64,000 nucleotides of DNA. It comes from Actinophytocola sp. (GTDB lineage Bacteria > Actinomycetota > Actinomycetes > Mycobacteriales > Pseudonocardiaceae). Both the position numbers and the translations under genes were made by a program. The DNA lies in contig DATABL010000222.1 in the NCBI GenBank assembly GCA_036259595.1, positions 1,862 through 65,861 on the forward strand, given 5' to 3'. Each line of letters begins with the position of its first letter. Position 1 is the stretch's first letter. Positions 28,298 to 37,800 of the stretch are shown piece by piece. Below the pieces are notes generated by a model. The model ran no database searches, was not told the DNA's origin, and saw only the letters and a list, made by a program, of their open reading frames with translations.

Positions 28298-29548
28298 GTG
28301 GACGACAAGCGTGCGATCTGGGGGCTGTTCGTTCCCCTCTACATGAGCCAGTTCCTGGCGATCGGATTCCTCTTCACGGCGCTCACCGCGATCTCCCGGG
28401 ACCGCGGCGGCCAGCTCGAGGACATCGGCGCCATCTACGTGCTCGGCATGGTCTGGGCGGTGAAGTTCCTGTGGGCGCCACTGGTCGACCGGTTCGGCTC
28501 GGCCACCCGAGGGCACTACCGCTCGTGGCTGCTGTGGACCCAGCCGATGATGGCCGTGATCCTCCTGGGGATCATCCCGTTCGACGTGGTGGACGACATC
28601 TGGGTGATCCTGGGCATGCTCGCGCTGGTCGCGATCCTGTCGGCCACCCAGGACGTCGCCACCGACGCCATCGCGGTGCGCTCGATGTCCGGCCGCGACC
28701 GCGGCGGGATCAACGGCGTGCAGATCGGCGCCGGGTTCGTCGGCGACATCATCGGCGGCGGCCTGGTGCTGGTGGTCTACGACCAGTGGGGCTGGACGCC
28801 GGCGATCCTCACCCTCGCGGTGTGCACCGCGCTGCCGATCCTCAGCGTGACCCGTTACCGGGAGCCCGCGCTGGTGCAGGTCGACCCGGCCGCGCCGCGC
28901 CCGTCGATGCGGTCGCTGTTCCGCCAGCGCGGCGCCGCCCGCTGGGCGTTCGTGCTGACCCCGCTGATGGCGCTCGGCATGCCGGGCGCGTACGGCCTGC
29001 TGGTGCCGATCATGATCGACGCCGGGGTGTCGGTCGGCTCGGTCGGCCTGCTGACCAACGGTGTCGGCGGTGCGATCGGCTGCGGCGCGGCGATCGTCGC
29101 CGGCATGCTGATCCACCGGCTCGGCCGCAAGCGGGCGCTGGTGCTCTACGGGCTCGGTCAGGTCGTCGCGATCGCCTCGGTGCTGCCGGTGGTGTGGGCC
29201 GGCGGCATGGTGTGGGTGCTGACCGCGATCGTGCTGCTGAACGTCTTCAACACCGCCGGCTACGCGGCGATGTACACGATCAACATGGACTACGCCCGCC
29301 CGGAAAGCGCCGGGTCGGACTTCACCGTGCAGACCAGCATCTCCTACGCCGTGCGGTTCGCCGGTGCCGGTGTGATCCTCGGCTTCGCCGGCTCGCTCGG
29401 CTACACCTGGGCGCTGTTCCTCTGCATGGGCCTGGCCGCGCTCGGGGTGCTCGCCACCGTGCTGCTGTTCGTCGAGCGGAGTGTTCACACCGCGCCGGTG
29501 GCCGACGAGGTGGTTCCGCCGTCGAGCACAGTGCCGCAGCCGGCCTGA
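28298..29548 (+). CDS. MFS transporter, AmpG/RhtX/FptX-like
   Basis: LY.SQ, KFLWAPLVDRFG, SATQDVATDA, AGSDFTVQ. Confidence 0.85.
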   Translation: MDDKRAIWGLFVPLYMSQFLAIGFLFTALTAISRDRGGQLEDIGAIYVLGMVWAVKFLWAPLVDRFGSATRGHYRSWLLWTQPMMAVILLGIIPFDVVDDIWVILGMLALVAILSATQDVATDAIAVRSMSGRDRGGINGVQIGAGFVGDIIGGGLVLVVYDQWGWTPAILTLAVCTALPILSVTRYREPALVQVDPAAPRPSMRSLFRQRGAARWAFVLTPLMALGMPGAYGLLVPIMIDAGVSVGSVGLLTNGVGGAIGCGAAIVAGMLIHRLGRKRALVLYGLGQVVAIASVLPVVWAGGMVWVLTAIVLLNVFNTAGYAAMYTINMDYARPESAGSDFTVQTSISYAVRFAGAGVILGFAGSLGYTWALFLCMGLAALGVLATVLLFVERSVHTAPVADEVVPPSSTVPQPA

Positions 29549-29582
29549 CCGCACACCCCGCGACGCCGGGTCGGACACGGTT

Positions 29583-29625
29583 CCGATCCGGCGTTGCGCG
29601 TCTCTCGAGCCACCCTCCGTAGAAC
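29583..29625 (+). promoter_or_regulatory. Degenerate SARP-type repeats plus candidate -10
   Basis: CCGAT 29583, TTGCG 29594, TCGAG 29605; TAGAAC 8 nt after the last heptamer. Confidence 0.45.
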
Positions 29626-29658
29626 GAAAGCGTTGAGTCACAACGCGACGAGGTAGGT

Positions 29659-30150
29659 GTGAGCATGTCCGACACCAAACCGTTCCTGTGCGGACCGCAG
29701 CAGGGCCGAGCCATCTGGCACTTCGGTTCCCTGGTCGTGTTCCGCGCGACCGGTGAGGACACCGACGGCCAGTACTGGCTGGCCGAGATGTCCTGCAACC
29801 GCGGCTACGGATCGCCGGTGCACGTGCACAGCCGCGAGGACGAGCTGTTCCACATCCTCGAAGGCGAGATGAGCATCGAGGTCGGCGGCCAGCTGTTCAA
29901 CGCCACCGCCGGCTCGTCGGTCTTCCTGCCGCGGAACATCCCGCACTCCTACAAGGCCGAGTCCGACACCGTGCGCACGCTGGTGCTGGGCACCCCGGCG
30001 GGCTACGAGAACTGGTTCGTCGAGACCGGGACGCCGGCCGAGAAGCTGGAGATCCCCGCGTTCGACCCGTCCACCTTCCCCGACTTCGGCGACGTGATCG
30101 CCTCGACGCAGAAGTACGGCGGCCAGGTGCTCGGCCCGCCCCGGGACTGA
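29659..30150 (+). CDS. Cupin protein (quercetin 2,3-dioxygenase-like)
   Basis: PVHVHSREDELFHILEG and PRNIPHSY cupin motifs. Confidence 0.8.
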   Translation: MSMSDTKPFLCGPQQGRAIWHFGSLVVFRATGEDTDGQYWLAEMSCNRGYGSPVHVHSREDELFHILEGEMSIEVGGQLFNATAGSSVFLPRNIPHSYKAESDTVRTLVLGTPAGYENWFVETGTPAEKLEIPAFDPSTFPDFGDVIASTQKYGGQVLGPPRD

Positions 30151-30152
30151 GT

Positions 30153-31088
30153 ATGACCATCGATGTGCACGGGCACGTCACCCCGCCCGAGCTGTTGAAG
30201 AAGTTCCCCATGCCGCCGAGCCTCGGGGACATCGACGGCATGGTGGAGCGCAAGGCCGCGCTCGGCATCACCACGACCGTCGTCGGCAGCCCGGTCGGCG
30301 CGGGCACGATGCTGCCGGTGCCGGGGATCGACAACTACGCCCAGCCCGCGGACGCGCTCGCCCGGTTCCACGACTGGGTCGCCGAGACCGTGCGGGAGAA
30401 GGCCGGGCGGCTCGCCGGGTACGTGTACCTGAACCCGCTGGAGGGCTCGGCGAGCGTGGCGCGGGCGGCGGAGCTGTTGCGCCGACCCGAGTTCGTCGGG
30501 CTGATCGTGAACTCGAGCGTGCGCGGGGAGTTCCTGAACGACGCGCGCAGCGACGAGTTCTTCGCGATGGCAGCGGAGACCGGGGCACCGGTGCTGCTGC
30601 ACCCGCCGGCGGTGCCGGTCGCGGCGGACGCGATGAAGGCGGTGGGCGCGATCGAGCACGTGGTCCGTCCGTGCGACATCACGATGGGCGTGGCCGCGAT
30701 CCTGCTGGCCGGGCGGCTGAGCAGCTTCCCCGGGCTGAAGCTGATCGCGCCGAACGCGGGCGGTGCGCTGGCGCTGCTGGCGGAGAAGCTCGACATGGCC
30801 CAGCGGCGCGACGGCGTGGAGGGTCCGCCGATCTCCCAGCAGCTGCGGGAGATCTACGTGGACACCGGCACGCCGTCGGTCACCGCGCTGCGGGCGGCGG
30901 CGGAGGTGTTCGGCCCGGACCGGATGCTGTTCGGCACCGACTCGCCGCCGCTGGCGACCCCGCTGGACGCCGCGCTCGCCGCGGTCGACGCCCTCGGTCT
31001 GTCCGATGAGGACCGTGCGAAGGTGTCGCGGGGCAACGCGGCCAGGCTGTTCGGGCTGGACGAGGTCGAGTTGAGGAAGGCGTCATGA
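30153..31088 (+). CDS. Amidohydrolase_2 family protein (ACMSD/aromatic acid decarboxylase-like)
   Basis: IDVHGH, PVLLHP, FPGLKLI, IYVDT, MLFGTDSP, NAARLF. Confidence 0.82.
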   Translation: MTIDVHGHVTPPELLKKFPMPPSLGDIDGMVERKAALGITTTVVGSPVGAGTMLPVPGIDNYAQPADALARFHDWVAETVREKAGRLAGYVYLNPLEGSASVARAAELLRRPEFVGLIVNSSVRGEFLNDARSDEFFAMAAETGAPVLLHPPAVPVAADAMKAVGAIEHVVRPCDITMGVAAILLAGRLSSFPGLKLIAPNAGGALALLAEKLDMAQRRDGVEGPPISQQLREIYVDTGTPSVTALRAAAEVFGPDRMLFGTDSPPLATPLDAALAAVDALGLSDEDRAKVSRGNAARLFGLDEVELRKAS

Positions 31089-31837
31089 CCGATCGACAGC
31101 GGGTACTGGTCGTGGGCGGGTACGGCGGGCTCGGCGCGGTGATCTGCGAGCAGTTCGCCGAGCAGGGCGCGGCGGTGGCGATCGCGGGCCGGTCGCTGGA
31201 GAAGGCGGCCGAGCTCGCGGAGAAGCTGACCGCGAACGGGCACACCGCGCTGCCACTCGCGCTCGACGTGGTCGACCCGGCCAGCACCGACGCCGCCGTG
31301 TCCGAAGTGGACAAGGCGTGGGGCGGGATCGACGTGCTGGTGAACTCGGCCAGCAAGCTGGTCACCGTGCCGGCCGAGCACTTCGACCCGGAGGAGTGGG
31401 GCGAGGTCGTGCGGGCCAACCTGGTCGGCGCGTTCCTGCTGTCCCAACGGGTCGGCCGGCACATGCTGGAGCGCGGCAGCGGCCGGATCATCCACCTGTC
31501 GTCGGTGCGCGGTGACGCCGGCGGGCGGATGGGCTTCTCCGCGTACGGCGCGAGCAAGGCCGGGGTCAACCTGCTGGTCAAGCAGCTCGCCACGGAGTGG
31601 GGCGGGCGCGGGGTCACGGTGAACGCCGTGGCGCCGGGGTTCATGCGGACCGACTTCGTGGAGGCCGCACAGCAGAACCAGCAGTTCGTCGCCCGGCTCC
31701 AACAGCGCATCCCGATCGGCCGCTTCGCCGAGCCGGACGAGGTGGCGAGCGCGGTGACCTACCTCGCCTCGCCGCTGGCCCGGTTCGTCAACGGCCAGGT
31801 CATCTACGTAGACGGCGGCGTAACCGCCAGCCACTAG
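31085..31837 (+). CDS. SDR-family oxidoreductase
   Basis: VGGYGGLG, YGASK, VNAVAPG, VNGQVIYVDGG. Confidence 0.9.
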   Translation: MTDRQRVLVVGGYGGLGAVICEQFAEQGAAVAIAGRSLEKAAELAEKLTANGHTALPLALDVVDPASTDAAVSEVDKAWGGIDVLVNSASKLVTVPAEHFDPEEWGEVVRANLVGAFLLSQRVGRHMLERGSGRIIHLSSVRGDAGGRMGFSAYGASKAGVNLLVKQLATEWGGRGVTVNAVAPGFMRTDFVEAAQQNQQFVARLQQRIPIGRFAEPDEVASAVTYLASPLARFVNGQVIYVDGGVTASH

Positions 31838-31866
31838 AAGGTTCCCGTCTCAACGGAGGTCAAGGA

Positions 31867-32247
31867 ATGTCCACCTGGCACGCGCTGCAGTACCCGATCA
31901 AGCGGGGTAGCGAGGAGGCCGTCAAGGAGCTGTTCCGCACCAGCGGCCGGCCGAACTTCGAGATCACCGGGCCGGACGGCAAGGTCGTCGGCCGGCTGCT
32001 GGCCACCATGGCGTTCGTCGGCGAGGGTCTCGCGATCCGCGCGATCGAGGTCGACGGGCCGCTGCCGCTGGTGGCCGCGCACATGAGCCGCCAGCCGGAG
32101 GTCCGCGAGTTCGAGAAGCAGCTGGAGCAGCACCTGACCGAGGGCCGCGACATGGTCACCCCGGACGGCGCGCGGGCGTTCTTCCAGAAGGCCGGCATGG
32201 AGAACGTGCTCAACCGGCGCGCTCCCGGGCACGAGGCGGCCGCCTGA
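31867..32247 (+). CDS. Stand-alone SchA/CurD-like domain protein
   Basis: HALQYPIKRGSEEAV..LF, RLLAT..F, RAIEVDG, HMSRQPEVRE.E..L..HL...RDM..PDGARAFF..A.M. Confidence 0.75.
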   Translation: MSTWHALQYPIKRGSEEAVKELFRTSGRPNFEITGPDGKVVGRLLATMAFVGEGLAIRAIEVDGPLPLVAAHMSRQPEVREFEKQLEQHLTEGRDMVTPDGARAFFQKAGMENVLNRRAPGHEAAA

Positions 32248-33104
32248 TGGAGATCGGCGTCGGCCTGCCGGGCGCGATCCGCGGCGTGTCCGCGGAGAAC
32301 GTGCTCGAGTGGGCCCGGGAGGCGGACCGGGCCGGGTTCTCCAGCCTGGCCACGCTCGACCGGCTGGTGTACGACAACTACGACAGCCTCACCACGCTCG
32401 CGGCCGCCGCGGCGGTCACCGAGCGGGTGCGGCTGACGACGTCGATCCTGATCTCGCCGCTGTACTCGAACACCGCGCTGCTCGCCAAGCAGGCGGCGAC
32501 GATCGACCGGCTGTCCGGCGGCCGGCTGGTGCTCGGCGTCGCGGCCGGCTCCCGGCCGGACGACTTCCGGGCCAGCGGGGTCGAGATGGGCGGCCGGGGC
32601 AAACGGATCGAGGCCCAGGTGGCCGAGCTGCGGGCGATCTGGTCGGGTGAGCGGCGCGGGTTCGCCGGCGGCATCGGGCCGTCGGTGAGCGCGCCGCCGA
32701 TCCTGATGGGCGGCCACTCCCCGGCCGCCCTGTCCCGGACCGCCCGGGTGGCGGACGGCTGGATCTCCGGCGGCGGCGGGGTGGACATGTTCGCCGGCGG
32801 CGTGGCCGCGCTCCGGGCGGCGTGGCAGGAGGCGGGCCGCGAGGGGAAGCCGCGGATCGTGTCGCTGACGTACTTCGCGCTCGGCTCCCGCGCGGCGGAG
32901 CTGGCCGACCAGTACCTCAGCGACTACTACGGCTTCGCGCCGCCGTACGCGCAGCTCGTCCTCCGCAACGCCGCGGTGGGCGAGGCGAAGCTGGCCGAGA
33001 CGCTCTCCCGCCTGGAGGAGATCGGCTGCGACGAGGTCCTGCTCGCCCCGTGCGGCGCGGACCTGGACCAGCTCAAGGAGCTGCGCGCGGTCGTCGGCAA
33101 GTAG
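32247..33104 (+). CDS. LLM-class flavin (possibly F420)-dependent oxidoreductase
   Basis: AREADRAGFSSL..LDRL, LAAAAAVTERVRL, LAKQAATIDRLSGGRLVLG, PPILMGG. Confidence 0.88.
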   Translation: MEIGVGLPGAIRGVSAENVLEWAREADRAGFSSLATLDRLVYDNYDSLTTLAAAAAVTERVRLTTSILISPLYSNTALLAKQAATIDRLSGGRLVLGVAAGSRPDDFRASGVEMGGRGKRIEAQVAELRAIWSGERRGFAGGIGPSVSAPPILMGGHSPAALSRTARVADGWISGGGGVDMFAGGVAALRAAWQEAGREGKPRIVSLTYFALGSRAAELADQYLSDYYGFAPPYAQLVLRNAAVGEAKLAETLSRLEEIGCDEVLLAPCGADLDQLKELRAVVGK

Positions 33105-33110
33105 CACCCA

Positions 33111-33152
33111 ACGGGAAAGGGGCCCATCGTCCGCGATGGGCCCCTTTTCCGT
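33111..33152. terminator. Bidirectional terminator hairpin
   Basis: acgggaaaggggcccatcg / cgatgggccccttttccgt between convergent genes. Confidence 0.75.
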
Positions 33153-33159
33153 GCTCGGG

Positions 33160-34815
33160 TCAGGCCGCCTGGCCCTCGGCGGCGGCGAGGATCTGCTGGC
33201 GCAGGGCCTTCTTGTCCACCTTGCCCACCGGGGTCAGCGGAAAGTCCGCCATGACCTCGAGCCGTTCGGGGATCTTGAACTTCGCCACGCCGCGCGCGCT
33301 GAACTCCTCGCGCACCTGGGCCAGGGTGAGCGCCGTCCCGGCGTGCGGCACCACGCAGACGCACACCGACTCGCCGTACTCCGGGTCCGGCAGGGCGATC
33401 GCGGTGGCCCGGCGCACCTGCGGCAGCGCCTCCACGACCGCCTCGACCTCCGGCGCGGAGATCTTCTCCCCGCCCCGGTTGATCAGGTCCTTCACCCGAC
33501 CCTCCACCACGAGGTTGCCGGTCTCGTCCCAGCGCACCAGGTCGCCGCTGCGGTACCAGCCGTCCGCGGTGAACGCCCGCGCGTTGTGCTCGGGCGCCCG
33601 GAAGTAGCCGCGCGGGGTGTACGGGCCGCGGGTGAGCAGCTCACCCGTGCCGCCGGGGCCCACCGGCTGCCCGTCCTCGTCGACGAGCAGCACCTCGTCC
33701 CCGTCGCTGATCGGGCGGCCCTGGGTGCGCACGATCGCGTCCACCGGGTCGTCCGGGCGGGTGTAGTTCAGCAGCCCCTCGGCCATCCCGTACACCTGCT
33801 GCAGCGTCGCCCCCAGCGCGGGCCCGATCCGGGCCGCGAACGCCGGGTCCAGCACCGAGCCGCCGACCTGCACCAGCCGCAGGCTGGACAGGTCGTACCC
33901 GCCGCCCGGCGCCGCCTCCACCCACCGGTACGCGATCGCCGGCACCAGCGAGGTCACCGTGGCGCGCTCCCGTTCGATCACCGGGAACGCGACCTCCGGC
34001 TTGGGTGAGCGCAGCATCACCACCCGCCCGCCGTGGATCAGGGTGGCGAGGATGCCGGGCGAGCCGAGCGGGAAGTTGTGCCCCATCGGCAGCGTCACCA
34101 GGTACACGGTGTCCGGCCCGAACCCGCACACCTCGCCGCTGCGCCGGGCGTTGTACTCGTAGTCGTCGTGCGTCCTGGCGATGATCTTCGGCGTGCCGGT
34201 GGTGCCGCCGGAGAGCAGGAACAGCGCCACCGCACCGGGGTCCGGCGCGGACGCGTCCAGCCGGGCGCGCAGCCGGGCCGGGTCCTGCCAGTGCTCCAGC
34301 AGCGAGCGCAGCTCCACCGCCGAGTCGTCGTGGTGCTCGCCGAGGACGAGCACCGCGCAGGGCTGGGGGCGGGTGGCGGCGAGGTCGACCGCCATCCGCT
34401 GGTGGTCGAAGCCCTGCCAGCGGTCCGGCACCACGATCGCCCGCACGTCGGCCAGGTCGGCGAGGCAGCGCAGCTCGTGCTCCCGGTGGGCGAGCAGGGC
34501 CAGCACCGGGGCCACCCCGATCCGCTGGCAGGCCAGGAACAGCGCGACGAACTCCCAGCTGTTCGGCAGCTGCACGAGGATGTTGTCCCCGTCGCGCAGA
34601 CCGAGGTCGAGCAGGTGGTCGGCCAGCGCGTCGGCGTGCTCGGCCAGCTCCCGGTAGGTGATCGACACCTCGCCGTCGACGACCGCCACCCGGTCGCCGT
34701 CCCGCTCGGCCCAGGTCCACATCCAGTGGCCGAGTGGCTCGCCCCGCCAGTAGCCCTCGGCCCGGTACTTCTCGGCCAGCTCCGCCGGCCAGGGGGTCAC
34801 TCCGTCCCGATGCAT
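33160..34815 (-). CDS. Aryl acid-AMP/CoA ligase (DhbE/EntE-like; MdpB2/PokM3 type)
   Basis: YRAEGYW, LSGGTTGTPK, HNFPLGSPG, QQVYGMAEGL, RGPYTPRGY, KDLINRGGEKI, VGKVDKK. Confidence 0.92.
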   Translation of the reverse strand: MHRDGVTPWPAELAEKYRAEGYWRGEPLGHWMWTWAERDGDRVAVVDGEVSITYRELAEHADALADHLLDLGLRDGDNILVQLPNSWEFVALFLACQRIGVAPVLALLAHREHELRCLADLADVRAIVVPDRWQGFDHQRMAVDLAATRPQPCAVLVLGEHHDDSAVELRSLLEHWQDPARLRARLDASAPDPGAVALFLLSGGTTGTPKIIARTHDDYEYNARRSGEVCGFGPDTVYLVTLPMGHNFPLGSPGILATLIHGGRVVMLRSPKPEVAFPVIERERATVTSLVPAIAYRWVEAAPGGGYDLSSLRLVQVGGSVLDPAFAARIGPALGATLQQVYGMAEGLLNYTRPDDPVDAIVRTQGRPISDGDEVLLVDEDGQPVGPGGTGELLTRGPYTPRGYFRAPEHNARAFTADGWYRSGDLVRWDETGNLVVEGRVKDLINRGGEKISAPEVEAVVEALPQVRRATAIALPDPEYGESVCVCVVPHAGTALTLAQVREEFSARGVAKFKIPERLEVMADFPLTPVGKVDKKALRQQILAAAEGQAA

Positions 34816-34828
34816 CAGCGGTCCTCCC

Positions 34829-37800
34829 TCAGGCCGCCACCGCGGGTGGCAGCGGCGTGTCCGGTTCGTCGTCGCCCGGCTCGGTCGCGCGGTCCGGCGT
34901 GAGCAGCTCGGCCAGGAAGTCGCCGATGGCCTGGACCGTCGGGCGGTTCCACAGCAGCGTCGCCGGCAGGCTGACCCGGAACGTCCGCTCCAGCCGGTTG
35001 CGGATGATCTGGGTCATCACCGAGTCGAGCCCCATCTCGATCAGCGGCCGGCGCACGTCGAGCTCGTCGGCGGCGAGCTTGATCTCGCCGGCCACCTCGC
35101 CCGCGACCTCGCCCACCAGGTACTCGCGCAGGTCGTCGCCGCGCAGCTCCGCCCACGGCGCCGCGGTGCCGGCCGGCGCGGCCGCGGGCTCCTCGGCGGT
35201 CAGCTCGCCGAGCAGCGCCGGGCGGGTCATGCCGGGCAGCAGCGGGATCGTGCGCAGCACCGCGACGTGGGCGACGTCGTGCCGGGCCGCGTACTCCCAG
35301 GACCGGAACGCCTCCGCCGCGGTGATGTCGGCCGTGCCGCGGGCGGACAGCTCGGCGTCGATCGCCGCCGACGAGGTCGACATGCCCAGCCCGCGCCAGG
35401 AGGTCCAGCCGAGGCTGATCGTGTCGGTCCGCCCACCCGCCCGGCGGTGGGTGGCGAGCCCGTCGAGCACCGCGTTGCCGGCGGCGTAGCTGGTCTGGCC
35501 GGGCAGGCCGAGCAGCAGGCCGGCGGAGGAGAACAGCGCGAGGAAGTCCACGCTCCCCGGCGGGAACAGCTCGTGCAGCACGAGCGCGCCGGCGACCTTG
35601 GGCCGCATCACGGTGGCCAGCGAGTCCTCGTCGACATCGACGGCCATCCGGTTGTCCAGCACACCGGCGGCGTGCACGACCCCCCGGATCGGGGGCAGAC
35701 CGAGCTCGTTCGCGGACAGCAGCCGGGCCGCCTGCGCGCGGTCGCCGATGTCCAGCGCCAGCACGCGCACGGTGACGCCGGCCGCCTCCAGTGCCCGGAC
35801 CGCCTCGATCTGGGCCGTCAGGCCCGGGTCGGTGACGGTGTTCCAGGACGACCGCGGCGGCAGCCCGCGCCGGCCGGCGAGCACGATCCGGCGGGCGCCC
35901 CGGCCGGCGAGCCACTGCGCCACCTCCAGACCGAGCACGCCGAGGCCACCGGTGACCAGGTAGGTGCCGTCCGGCCGGCAGGACACCGTGTCCCGGTCCG
36001 CGCCACCCTCCACCTGGGCGAGCCGGGCGACCTCGATCGCGGTGCGCCGCACGGTGATCACGTCGTCGGCCGGGCGGGCGGCGAGCACCTGCCGGAGCAT
36101 GCCGACCGAGCCGAGCGGGTCGGCCGCGTCGAGGTCGACGATGCCGCCCCACAGCCCGGGGTGCTCCCCGCCGAGGACCCGGCCGACGCCCCAGAGCGCG
36201 GCGTCGCCGACCCCGGCCAGCTCGGTGGCCTCCCGCACCCCGCGGGTCACGCACCACACCGCGGGCTGGCTGTCCCAGGTGGACAGCAGCTGCACGGTCC
36301 GGGTGAGCAGCCAGGTCGCGGCCAGCGACTGGTCCCAGGCGTCCTCGGCGCGCTCCGGCAGGACCACGACCGCGGTCGCGCCGGTGACCTCCGCACCGTC
36401 CAGTTCGGACGGATCGGTGACCGCCCGCCACGGCACGCCGGCCTCGGCGAACGACGTGCCCAACTCCGCGGCGAACTCGGTGTCGCCGACGAACACGACC
36501 CCGTCCAGGTCACGGGTCCGCTTCGGCAGTTCCAGCGCGCGCCAGACGACCTTGTGCACCAGCCGGCGCGGGCTCGCCGGGGCGCCGATGTCGCCGTCCA
36601 GCACGCCGTAGCGCAGGCCGGTCAGGCTCGCGACCACGGTGCCGTCCGGCGCGGCGACCCGCACGTCGACGGTGTCGGTCGAGCCGGGCCGCACCCGCAC
36701 GCTGAGCACCGCCTCCTCCGGCGGGCGGCCACCGACGACCACCTGCCGAATGTGCGCCGGCATCCGCAGCGTCGCGGGCCCGTCGAACACCACCGAGGCG
36801 GCGGACAGCGCGGCGTCCAGGATCGACGCCCAGGTCCGCGGCAGGGTGCCGGCCGGGTCGGCCACGACGCGGACGAACAGCTCGCCGGGCCCCCGCCGGA
36901 TCCGGTTGATCCGCCACGGGAAGCCCATCGCGGCCACCCCGATCGAGGCGAGCCGGTCCACCACGTAGTCGGGGTCGAGCCGCTCGGTGCACCGGTTGCG
37001 CAGCTCCTCCAGCGCGAGCGTGGCCTCCCCGCCGAGGTCGGCCACCGCGGGCACCACCGCGGTGGTGTGGGTCTGCCAGCCGCTGTCCTGCTCGGCGGCC
37101 TCACCCGGCAGCCGGGACGCCAGCCGCAGCGTGCCGTCCATGTGCACGACCTGCAGCTCGCGGGCGGCGGCCACGGACACCGGCACCCGCAGCGACACGT
37201 CGGTCAGCACGTGCCCGCCGGCCGCGGCGAAGAACGTGTTGAGCAGCACCGCGGCCGGGATGATCTCGGTGCCCTGCACGGGGTGGTCGCCGGGGTAGGG
37301 CCGGCTGCCGTGGTCCAGCCTGGTCTGCCACAGCCGCACCGTGGAGGTGCCGTTCACGGTGAGCGGCGAGCCGAGCAGGGTGTGGCTGTCCTCGTCGTGC
37401 AGTCGCGTCTGGACCCCCGGCGCGCGCACCTCGACCCGGTACTCCCGGTGCTGCCAGGCGATCCCCGGCAGCGGCGCCAGCCGTCCGCCCGGGAAGGCCG
37501 CCGACCAGTCGACCGGGACCCCGGTGCAGTGCAGCGTGCCGAGGTTGTCCACCAGCGTGGTGCGCTCGGGCCGGTTGCGCCGCAGCGTGTGCGCGACCAC
37601 CGCGTCGTCGACCCCCTCGGCGGCGAGCACCTCGTTGATCGAGTACGACACCACCGGGTGCGGCGACACCTCGACGAACGCCCGGTACCCGTCGGCGAGC
37701 GCGGCGCTGACCGCGTCGGCGAACCGGACCGGGTTGCGCAGGTTGCCCGCCCAGTAGGCGCCGTCGCGCGGTGCCTCGCCGCGCGGGTCGGCCAGCGACG

